Below, in pieces: positions 53,438 to 64,000 of a stretch of DNA of 64,000 nucleotides (position 1 is the stretch's first letter; each line of letters opens with the position of its first letter). The DNA is from Eledone cirrhosa (taxonomy: Eukaryota). A model generated the notes under the pieces. It saw only the letters and a program-made list of their open reading frames with translations. It was not told where the DNA came from and did not search any database. The stretch covers positions 58,652,001 to 58,716,000 of the forward strand of contig OZ024748.1 of the NCBI GenBank assembly GCA_964016885.1. Reading direction: 5' to 3'. The translations under genes and the position numbers were made by a program.

Positions 53438-55804
53438 CAACGGTGATGTTAACAGATAGATGAGTCTGAAGTATATAACATATATAGTTTATAAGTTATG
53501 TTAGTCAGTTGATTCACGTTGGGGAGCAAAGAAATCTAACGTTTTCCTCTTCGGAGAGAATGTAGAGACCTTATTGCCGAGGTCATAAAACTGTGAGGGA
53601 AAAAGAATCAATAGAATCGAAATATGTGGAGACCGAAATGAATGAGGAAGCAATGAGTATCTTGTGAGAGATGTAAGAGATGCACATCACTCCTCTTCAA
53701 ATCTAGTTGAAGATTACTCAAGCCCCTATACATCATTCCTATTTTTTGTTTCATTTTCTCATCCTTAAGTTTGCGGCCTGGATAACAAAGAATTTAGGTA
53801 ATATAAAGTATTTGGGCCAACACAATGAATCACTGACATTCATTCTCTTTAAAAGTCATTAATCACGTACGTAAATTCTTTTTTTTTTTTTTTTTTACAC
53901 CCAATTTGAACTGACATATATCAAAGGTGTTCCAGGCCTGATCCTCAAAAGCTACATTGTCCAATGTGTACTTTTTTAATTTAACGCGGTTGGGTATGAT
54001 TTGAGAAGATTTGGTCTCTATTTCTTGCAGATCGAATGACTGTATATATTGTCCAGATATTGGCGCTGTACATGCGTAAAGAGATTTTAAATTACAGCAG
54101 CAACGTATCAAAACTTTGTTATTTATTCAACTCCCCGACAAATTAACAATATTCTAATTTAACTCGGCAATCTTTCTATTGTTGTACGTCAATCCTGGCA
54201 AAGCTGTAGTAACATACGACGTTTATTGGACATTTTAAACCTCTCCAAGTCTGAACACAGCCGATGTTTTTCAGAGAATTGGAAAGAAGAGTATCAACCC
54301 CATTACTGAACTGGTTCTTTTTTTATTGAACCCGAATTAATAAAAGGTAAATTTGACCTCCGCAGGATTTGAATTCAGAGTGCAGAAAGCTGGGATGAAT
54401 ACCATTAAGTATTCTATCAGACTTTCAAAACATTCTAAGGATTCCGTGCTTATTTCTACCATATTACCAGTTTTAAAATAAAGTAAACTTATCATTACAT
54501 AAAAATATCTAATTATCGAATTGCACTGCATTTAATATCATCAGTTATTGGAATCATAGAACAACCTATAGTAATCCATTTATTTCGTATCACATTTATT
54601 TCTTCACACTTTTCTTGGAAACCTCACGAACGATTCTCGGTTGAATATTCAAAGTACTTTACTGTTGCTTCTATTAATGATTCCACTAGCACAACCTCAT
54701 ATATAATGACTATTGTGTAGTCGAGTGGAATAGTAAAATTAAACTTACAGCTGACTGAATACAAACTGTTCTTAATTCCGAGTTGCAATACTTTACTTTA
54801 TCTTCGTACAAAAAAAATATAGAATGAAAACTTCTGAGAAGCTACTGGGGTGTGTGTGTGTGTAACTTAATTGATAGGATTTTGCGTTGAATTAAATGCC
54901 TAGCTATTTGTTTCAGTCAAGGTATTTGGTTTCAAATACCGCCAAGATTAACCATACCTTTCATCTTTTCATATTGTGATCGATAAATAAAATACTAATC
55001 GAACCAGAACTGTTAAAGAGCCACAAAGCATGTTTTACGGTATTTGTTCCGACTCTCTCTCTCTGCTCTAAATTGACATCCTACCTTCTGGCACCCAGAA
55101 AAGATGAGTTGCTTCTGCCTACATTTCTAATTGAAATATAGTGTAAGCAATGGTTGATAGTTTCCCTGGTTCAAGCTGACGATCGGATCATTTCCCCTTT
55201 TTTTTTTTACTCTCAGAATCAAAATATCGTTGTTCTGTTCTGTACAATCACTGACTTAGAACTACAGCAGCTAAACATAATATCACTGAAACATTTGAGG
55301 AATTGAAATGTTGTGGCATTCATTTTGTTTTCATGATGAATCAGATGTGGAGCTGACGTGAACTTGCTGCCTTAAACATTCAAATCCCTCATTTTATTAT
55401 CATGACTAGCAGAAAAACCACCCTTCGGGTGATTTTCTGCTAGCATGTATAGTGTGTATATTGATATTATAGACAAATATATATGCATGTAGATATGATA
55501 CATCAAATAAAATCCTAATTGACAATATACAAAGAAATTGAACGAAGTCTGTGTTACAGTCTTCTGTAATCAGTAAAGTAATCCATGTTACATTAAAAAA
55601 AGACATATATATAAACATCATTAGGAGAAAATTAGCGACGGAAATATATGCGATATTTTCAAAAGTGTTATAATATAACGGCCGCTAACCGGAAGTGTTG
55701 ACCTTTGAAAATGTTAAAGAAGTGAATCTTTAAATAAGCTATAAAATATATTTAATCAACAGCCACGAAATTCAGCACATAAATTATGTAATATTCATTC
55801 ATTT

Positions 55805-55978
55805 TGGCAGTATCGGTAGAGGGTCGGACGCCATGCTTTCCAGCATAGTTACGTCCCTTTACGATCTGAGTTCAAATCCCGCCGAGGTTGACTTTGCCTT
55901 TCATCCTTACGGGGTCGATAAAGTACCAGTAATGCACAAGGTAATTGCTGGCCTTGTGCCTAAAGTAGAAACAATTAT
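55805..55978 (+). mobile_element. SINE, short-tail subfamily
   Basis: tggcagtatcggtagagggtcggacgcc...gagttcaaatccc...aaacaattatt. Confidence 0.9.
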
Positions 55979-56179
55979 TTATTCAAAGTAATCCAACTTA
56001 TTTTACAAACGGGGTAAAAAAATATATTCTGGACGCAGTCCCGCACTCCTTTCTTTATTATAGTTAAGATAATATACGTTATCACCAAACCCATATTTAC
56101 ATGGCTGGCAAGGGTGATGTTATATGTTGACTGGATTGACCTTATGCTATGACTTAGAAATTGTTGAAGGACGTCATGC

Positions 56180-56321
56180 AAGACCTGCCAACATCTAAAC
56201 ACCCAAACGGGGAGTACGATGAAGAAATGTGCCCTAAACTAGGGAGATTTACATAATGAAAGTTATACCCATGTTCACAAGAGAAGACATCTTTCGTTGG
56301 TGGAGGGGTGTGACAGGTCTG
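56180..56321. mobile_element. MITE, same family, reversed orientation
   Basis: agacctgccaacatctaaacacccaaacggggagtac...tgacaggtctg. Confidence 0.7.
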
Positions 56322-56496
56322 CCATAAGTTGTTGTGTGGTTAATAATATTTGGAGTCTATGTAGTTTCAGCCGACCCTCGTAATCTACCACGCTGTTTAC
56401 CAGACGCACCTGGCACTTAGGTAGTTATAGTGAAATTCACTTCGTTGCGAGTTTTAGGTTCAGGTCACAGAGCATCCGCCTTTTCTTCCACGCCCT

Positions 56497-56683
56497 AATA
56501 ATTGTTTCTACTTTTACCCAGCAAATTACCCAGTGCATTACTGGTACTTTATTTTATCGATCCCGTAAGGATGAAAGGCAATGTTAACCTCGGCCGGATT
56601 TGAACTCAGATCATAATGGGCCGTAATTCTATGTTGTAAAGCATGACGTCCGACCCTTTACCGATACTGCTAATCCACTCCCT
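56497..56683 (-). mobile_element. SINE
   Basis: Full reverse-complement match; ccctaataat occurs at both ends. Confidence 0.88.
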
Positions 56684-56862
56684 AATAATGTTCATATAGC
56701 CCTACTCTTTAACCTCTGACTAAATTGACCCTTAATAGATTAGAACTCAACATATACAGCGCGTTAATCATTTTACTAGCACGTTACCAGCAGCTAATCA
56801 CCATTAAGTTTTACTAAATCAGAAATACCATGAGATATCACATTTGCTAGACTAAACGGACT

Positions 56863-58040
56863 TTCTCTCTCTCTCATCCGTTCACCCACTCTCTCTCTCA
56901 TCCGTTCACCCACTCTCTCTCTCTCTCTCTCTCATCCGTTCACCCTCTCTCTCTCATCCGTTCACCCTCTCTCTCTCTGTCGTCATTTCACCCTCTCTCT
57001 CTCTCTGTCGTCATTTCACCCTCTCTCTCTCTCTCTGTCGTCATTTCACCCTCTCTCTCTCTGTCGTCATTTCACCCTCTCTCTCTCTGTCGTCATTTCA
57101 CCCTCTCTCTCTCTGTCGTCATTTCACCCTCTCTCTCTCTGTCGTCATTTCACCCTCTCTCTCTCTGTCGTCATTTCACCCTCTCTCTCTGTCGTCATTT
57201 CACCCTCTCTCTCTGTCGTCATTTCACCCTCTCTCTCTGTCGTCCTTTCACCCTCTCTCTCTCTCTTCCTTTCACCCTCTCTCTCTCGTCCTTTCACCCT
57301 CTCTCTCGTCCTTTCACCCTCTCTCTCGTCCTTTCATCCTCTCTCTCTCTCTGTCTCTCGTCCTTTCATCCTCTCTCTCTCTCTGTCTCTCGTCCTTTCA
57401 CCCTCTCTCTCTCTCGTCCTTTCACCCTCTCTCTCTCTCGTCCTTTCACTCTCTCTCGTCCTTTCACTCTCTCTCTCTCGTCCTTTCACTCTCTCTCTCG
57501 TCCTTTCACCCTCTCTCTCGTCCTTTCACCCTCTCTCTCGTCCTTTCACCCTCTCTCTCGTCCTTTCACCCTCTCTCTCGTCCTTTCACCCTCTCTCTCG
57601 TCCTTTCACTCTCTCTCTCGTCCTTTCACCCTCTCTCTCTCTCTCGTCCTTTCACCCTCTCTCTCTCTCTCTCGTCCTTTCACCCTCTCTCTCTCTCTCG
57701 TCCTTTCACCCTCTCTTTCTCTCATCCTTTCATCCTCTCTCTCTCGTCCTTTCATCCTCTCTTTCTCTCATCCTTTCATCCTCTCTTTCTCTCATCCTTT
57801 CACCCTCTCTCTCTCTCGTCCTTTCACCCTCTCTCTCTCTCTCTCTCTCTCGTCCTTTCACCCTCTCTCTCTCTCTCTCTCTCGTCCTTTCACCCTCTCT
57901 CTCTCTCTCTCGTCCTTTCATCCTCTCTCTCGTCCTTTCACCCTCTCTCTCTCTCTCTCGTCCTTTCATCCTCCTCCTCTCTTCTCTTCTTCCTCTCTGT
58001 CCCCCTTTCTTTATCCTTTCCTTCACCCTCTCTCTCTCAT
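56863..58040. repeat. CT-rich minisatellite (tcgtcctttcacc(ct)n, ~20-26-bp units)
   Basis: Read directly; the unit changes in blocks along the array. Confidence 0.97.
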
Positions 58041-58388
58041 TTCTTTATCCCCCTCCCACTATCTCTATCCACCTCCACTTTAGTAATTATAAATTCATTC
58101 AGCAACTCATCGCTTTTCTTGTTTTCCCTCGTTTCTGTTATTTAACACATTTCCATTCGTTCTCACTTATAAATTAACTACGCAAGAGCTAACTAAATTC
58201 AACATTATCACATTAACTTGCGCTCATCACACTTCATTTTCTGCGCAAGTATTATCAACGATCGTATAAACCTTGTTTCTTCGCTACACTGATACGCGAA
58301 CCAAGTTAACCCACGATCTATTACAGTGTAATAATTACACTGTGTGAACTAATAATATAATTTGTGTTTAGATTAGGCAACTACTCAA

Positions 58389-58796
58389 GGAGGGTGAGCT
58401 GAGAAATTCATAGGCTGGCTATGAAGATTGCTGATAATTGTGAAATTTTGCATGCATTAATTTCAACTCTTTTTATCATTAACTGCTTTGTTCCTTTCCA
58501 AGGACTTTGTTGAAATATAGACTTCATTTGGTCATGCCAACGTGTCAGCCAACTCGGCTTATACATTACATGGGTACATACACTTATATGTTATACATAC
58601 GAAGGTCGGCTCAAAATTCATAGGCTGGCTAAGAAGGATTGACACTAGAGCTGTGAAATCGTGCATGCATTAATTTCAACTATTCTTATCACTAACTGCG
58701 TTGTTGCATTTCAGGGACTACGTTGAAATATAAACCTCATTTTGTCAGTCCATGAGAGTAACTTGGTCAGCCTATCAACTTTTCAACTGACCCTCA
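58389..58796. mobile_element. Two mariner-type MITEs (~58389-58550 partial; 58600-58796 complete)
   Basis: TA|CGAAGGTCGGCTCAAAATTCATAGGCTG...CAGCCTATCAACTTTTCAACTGACCCTCA|TA; shared tgcatgcattaatttcaact core. Confidence 0.8.
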
Positions 58797-59275
58797 TATA
58801 ATATATTCACTGGGATTTTCTCCTAAGTAACTTGAAGTCAGTAACATCACATAATAGAACAAGAAAAGTTGTATCATCATATTATAACCCAGGCCCCACT
58901 GATGAGCCAAGTCCCTTTCCATCAGTCGTGCAGTGACTCGTCTTCCATCTTCAGCCTTGTTGTTTCGGCCACAAACCCTGGGTGTATTGTCTGAAATGCG
59001 GAGGAGAGGAATATAGTTAAATCCGGGGCTTGACAGACCGAGTCCTCTTTGTACTAGTCTCCGTTGTGACCCTTGGCGTCCTTGTTCACCGCACTACTTA
59101 TTTCTGGTCATTCACCACGATATCGCTTTTACCGCTCTGTCCACGGCGCACGCTGAGACTCATGTTTCGGGTTCCACCCCACCCCCACCCCCACTTTTTT
59201 TTCATTGCTTGATCCTTTTCTTTTCCTCGTTTTTCTTTCTTTTCTGTTCCCTTTAATGGCGTATTTTGTTTTTCT

Positions 59276-59437
59276 TAGATACCTGTCAATATGTACTTTA
59301 CATAGATACCTCTCAATATGTACTTTACATAGATACCTCTCAATATGTACTTTACATAGATACCTCTCAATATGTACTTTACATAGATACCTCTCAATAT
59401 GTACTTTACATAGATACCTCTCAATATGTACTTTACA
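59276..59437. repeat. 27-bp tandem repeat, 6 copies
   Basis: tagatacctctcaatatgtactttaca; one substitution in the first copy. Confidence 0.97.
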
Positions 59438-59966
59438 TTGATTAAATGTCTTCCTACGTCCATTTCATTCATATTACTGATATCTACAATATTTTAGCGA
59501 CAGAGCATCGTATGCCTTAGGGTAAATGAAAAGTTAAAAGTTCGCATGCTCGGCAAGGTATTGTTAAACCGACATGAAACAATGAAAGGTTTATACCACG
59601 TCACCATGATTGTAGTGAATCGTGGGGTTTCCTTTCAAGTCACGACAACACGACACATGTCAAGAGAGAATTTCGCTTACGTCATTTTTGTCACGTTCTA
59701 CTCCAGGCGTGTAATAAGCTATTGAGCTTAGTAAAGCTAAAATTCAACTAAACACTTGATAATCAGTCACAGCGTGTTTCATCTTACGGCAGGAAATTAA
59801 GCCATTCTACAGTATTTATTTAGAGGGAGATGTAAACATGGTTGTATAAACCTTCCTTTTTATCAGTACAAGTTACAAGATAGAGATTAGAAACAGCTGC
59901 TTGGTAGTCCGGTACACAATTAAATCGGACATTTGGGATGTCATATAAATGTTATATTACCTAATA

Positions 59967-60246
59967 CGAGGCCTGTCTAAAACGTTCATAGGCTGAAAAG
60001 TTCATAGTCCCTCGAAAGAAACAGTGCAGTTCTAGTAAGAAGAGTTGAAATTAATGCACGCAAGATTTCACAGCTCTAGCATCACTGTTTAATGGAAAGG
60101 CTAAATGAGGTTTATTTTTCAATATAGTCCATGAAAAGAAACAATGCAGTTATTAATAAGAAGAGTTGAAATTAATGCATGAGAGATTTCACAGATCTAG
60201 CATCACTCCTTTACAGTCAACCTGTGATCGTTTAGGTTCACCCTCG
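59967..60246. mobile_element. Same mariner-type MITE family, reversed, with internal duplication
   Basis: ta|cgagg..ttcataggctg and ..accctcg ends; aagaagagttgaaattaatgca occurs twice. Confidence 0.75.
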
Positions 60247-60469
60247 TCTATCAATGATATGGTGAAAGACAACGTGCCCAAAGTGTCTCGCAGTAAAGTC
60301 GAGCCCGAAGCCTCGTGGTTCTGAAGCGAATGACATATCTTCATAGCCATGCGTTAGTCCATTTGAAGTGATGTGTCAATAAACCATTGGTTCAACACAT
60401 TACAGATGGTTAGATACAGAATGAAACAAAGAAGCAACTTGGATGACTAGATGGTTTCCTGAGCTCTCA

Positions 60470-60700
60470 TAATAATGATTTCTACATTTGGCACAAGGCC
60501 AATAATTTGATGGGGAAGGGGAAAGGAAGAGGAAAGTAAATTAAATCGACCCAGTGGGTAACTGGTACTATATTTTATAGATCTCTTGAGGATGAAAGGT
60601 AAAGTTAACCTCGGCGGAATTTGAACCCAGAACGTAAAGGGCCGTAACGCTATGCTGCAAATCATGTCGTCCAACGATCCACTAATACTGTTAATCTAGT
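60470..60700 (-). mobile_element. SINE
   Basis: Reverse-complement match to the main family. Confidence 0.88.
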
Positions 60701-60969
60701 AATAATTGCATCCATATCATTGTGAATGGCTAAGTGTACTTTTGGTTCTTTATAGTGCTTTTAAGGTTCCCTCTTTTAAATTGAAATCCTTTTCTTTAAA
60801 AAAAAAAAAACACATTGAAGTATATACTAACATCTTTAATGCAGTGATCTCCTTAACAGGTATTTTCTTAAACTTACACCCGCAGTGAACATGAAAAAGA
60901 ATCACATAATTTTAATGATTAATTTTGGTAAAGGCAAGAGAGAAAACTTCAAAACATAAATTGATATTA

Positions 60970-61154
60970 CCGGATTTTCCAGCGTCGAAGATGCTACTCT
61001 TTTCCTAAAATAAGCCTCCAAAACCTACCATGGGTCCTGGAGGTCGATGGTTGCATTTTTGTTTATTTATTTATTTAATTTTTTACAAATTTTTGGTTGT
61101 CAAAATTAGGGTGCATCCTCGAGGACGAAGCGTCTTGGTCGCCGGGAAATACTG
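60970..61154. mobile_element. Tc2/pogo-like MITE
   Basis: TA|CCGGATTTTCCAGCGTCGAAGATGC ... GCGTCTTGGTCGCCGGGAAATACTG|TA imperfect TIRs. Confidence 0.65.
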
Positions 61155-62029
61155 TATTTAAAATGATATATGAACATAAATTTGAGTGTAGTTTAGATTG
61201 TATAGGCAGGAACACTGACAAATACAAACATGTGATAGATCCCATGCAACAAATCTTGAATACGTTGGGGTACTTGTATTAAATTCTAGTTCTTTATACA
61301 TCTTCCATAGATATGTTGTAGACTACATTTCCGTTTATCCTGATACAATGTCAGTCAAATAAATTATTGGCTAGCTCCTTCTGGTCTTGAAATTTCTTCA
61401 ACGAATACTAGATAATGGCATAACAAACGGAAACATTGAACAGTAAGAGACGAATATAATAAGAAGATGATACATTTACCAATATTGCGATAAATAGAAG
61501 ATATTATTAATCGAGAAGGAGCAGGCGAGGGGGCGACCCATTCATGATAACAATGAAGCGATGTGTGATGAAATGTAGAAATATATGTGAGTTGGCCGTT
61601 TAAGGATATATAGCTGTGTGAGTTTGTCTTAATGTATACATATATATACATACATGTATATATAAATATATTTACATATATATATATATATAATAATAAA
61701 TATGTGTGTATATATAATATACATATATAACATTGAAGTATATACTTATATAGAAATACTTGCATATACTTATATAGAAATTGATGCACTTATATGCGTG
61801 CGTGTGTGTATATATATATATTATTTATATTAAAAGGAACGATGTGTGTGTGTATGGTGATATATATTTATAAACAGACGCGCGCGCACCCGCCCACCTA
61901 TGGACACACACACACATTTGTATTGATTTGCGAGAGAAGATTGGAAAACTAATATCATACGTTCATACATCTCTTTCGATTTTCTGACTCAGTGATTTTC
62001 ATGTTTTTATTACTATCTTCACGGTAATA

Positions 62030-63157
62030 TTATTAACCTTTTGGGCCCAATAACCTCGATCAGAACAATACACAGCTTGGTATTATTGCCTTCCATAGAA
62101 AGTCTCTATTAATTCCTTCCTCATACGTATCAATCATATTATTGTTATTTGGGGATTTTTTTCAGGTTTTTTTTCTTAAAATATATTCTGAATATATAGA
62201 TCGACGTAACTTTTAAAAGGTTTTCAGTATATTATTTCTACATAGCACGTATTGAGTACTACTGTGTTTTAACACGCAAATGCTTCCCCACTTGATTAGC
62301 GTTTTTCATTATTATGTATTGCTGTTGTGGCAGTGGATTGGTAGTATCGGTAGAGGGTCGGACGCCATACTTTGCAACATAGAGTTATGGCCCTTTATGA
62401 CCTGTGTTCAAATGCCACCGAGATTAACTTTTCCTTTTATCCTAACGGAGTCGATAAAATAAAGTACCAGTCACGCACTGAAGTCGATTAAACGACTTTT
62501 CCCTCCCCCAAAATTGCTGGCCTTGTACCTATATAAGAAATCATTATTATGTATTGCTGTTAGGGCGGTGTATTGGCAGTATCGGTAGAGGGTCAGACGC
62601 CATGCTTTGCAGCAAAGAGTTAGGACCCTTTATGGTCTGAGTTCAAATCCCGCCGAGGTTAACTTTGCCTTTCATCCCTACGGGGTCGATAAAATAAAGT
62701 ACCAGTAATGCACTGGGATAATTGCTGGCCTTGTGCCAAACATAGAAACAATTATGTATTGCTGTTATTGGGTGGTGGATTGGTACAATCGGTAGAGGGT
62801 CGGACGCCATGCTTTGCAGCATAGAGTTACGGCCCTTTATGATCTGAGTGCAAATCCCGCCGAGGTTAACTTTGCCTTTCATCCTTACGGGGTCGATAAA
62901 ATAAAGTACCAGTAATGCACTGGGATAATTGCTGGCCTTGTGCCAAAATTTATTAACCTTTTGGGCCCAATAACCTCCATCAGAACAATACACAGTTTGG
63001 TATTATTGTCTTCCGTAGAAAGTCTCTATTAATTCCTTCCTTATACGTATCAATCACATTGTTTTTACTTAAACTATATTCCCAATACATAGATAGACGT
63101 AACTTGCAAAAGATTTCAGTATATTATTTCTACATAGCACGTATTGAGTACTACTGT
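62030..63157. repeat. Direct duplication (~62030-62265 and ~62950-63157) bracketing the SINE trimer
   Basis: ttattaaccttttgggcccaataacctc...attgagtactactgt present twice with substitutions and indels. Confidence 0.92.
62327..62946 (+). mobile_element. Head-to-tail SINE trimer
   Basis: Three copies, each preceded by attatgtattgctgtt (62311, 62546, 62751). Confidence 0.93.
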
Positions 63158-64000
63158 ATTGTAACTTGCACATGCTTTCCCAGTTGTTTAAAGTTTTTCA
63201 TTTTTAAGTATTGTTGTTGTTTTTCTTTTTTTCCTTTTCATTTTCCTTTTTGTTTTTCTTCCTTTTGTTTTATTCATTCATCTTCTTGTGTAGTATTGTT
63301 ATGCCATATTCCTGCTTTATTTCTTAGTTTTTTCATAAAATGTGTCTGTTTTTATTTATTAACATTTCGCTTTTTTGCTTCTTATTCTCATTTTTGTAAT
63401 ATTATTAAAGAAATAATTCATACCAATTCTATTATTATCATGGTTGTGTTTGTTCTTGTTGTTATGTATATATATATATCTTCTTAATCGTTTAGTTTTG
63501 TGGAGAGTTTTGAAAAAGCAATTAATTGTATGGGGGAAATATTATTTTTGAAGAATGGTAAAATTCAATAACTACTGCGCTAATTTATATTTCAACTAGA
63601 CTAATACAGAACCAGAGAAAGTCTTTCTTCCACCGTTTCGTCTGCTAGACGTCGAAAATATATTTCAAATGACAACTATATCGTATTTTGAAAAACAGAA
63701 CATTGAACATTGTCTGTTTCATATATTGTTTGAAAACCCAAAAGGGTTCATCACTGCTGGAACGCCTTTAGTTAAAAGTGTACTCGAAACTTTTGTAAAG
63801 AACAACACGGTAAAACAGATCAACTTCTGGGACGATAACCAGAAACTGGGAAGTATTTGAGCTTATGGTTGCGCTTATATATTTATGAGCAATATATCAG
63901 ATATACTTTGCTGCCAATGTAGCAGATATCGGTACATTCTCTTGCGTGTATAAAGCAGAATCTCAAATATAACGGGTAATGAAATAAAAATGTATTGAGA

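Noticed and set aside
53863-54111. Non-repetitive 82-aa ORF
   Set aside because: No recognisable motif or convincing splice context
59276-59437. CRISPR-like regular repeat
   Set aside because: Contiguous units without spacers, in eukaryotic DNA
63669-63860. 63-aa ATG ORF near window end
   Set aside because: No recognisable homology; cannot be assessed without downstream sequence

Overview
AT-rich, microsatellite-dense eukaryotic DNA with no intact host gene that I can recognise. The dominant tRNA-derived SINEs resemble cephalopod (octopus-type) SINEs, which is recall and not a database result. Almost all ORF-track entries are translations of simple repeats. The real coding remnants are all transposon-derived: a Neptune-type Penelope-like element (RT plus GIY-YIG, ~32.5-34.8 kb), an R4/Dong-like endonuclease C-terminus (37.7 kb), an internally deleted mariner (38.8-39.7 kb), and a Charlie/Buster hAT with intact TIRs and an 8-bp TSD (46.8-49.2 kb), probably nested in a non-autonomous Helitron. 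The most interesting signal is a dispersed set of type I hammerhead ribozyme folds from several unrelated sequence families. Four are well formed (15.5, 26.4, 32.7, 44.5 kb) and several are degenerate. They sit in short modules wedged into (TA)n tracts, often as fold-back or tandem-plus-inverted repeats, and one lies directly 3' of the Penelope ORF on the same strand. A MITE family with an unusual 6-bp target duplication is also present. All folds and alignments were done by eye, so repeat boundaries are approximate.
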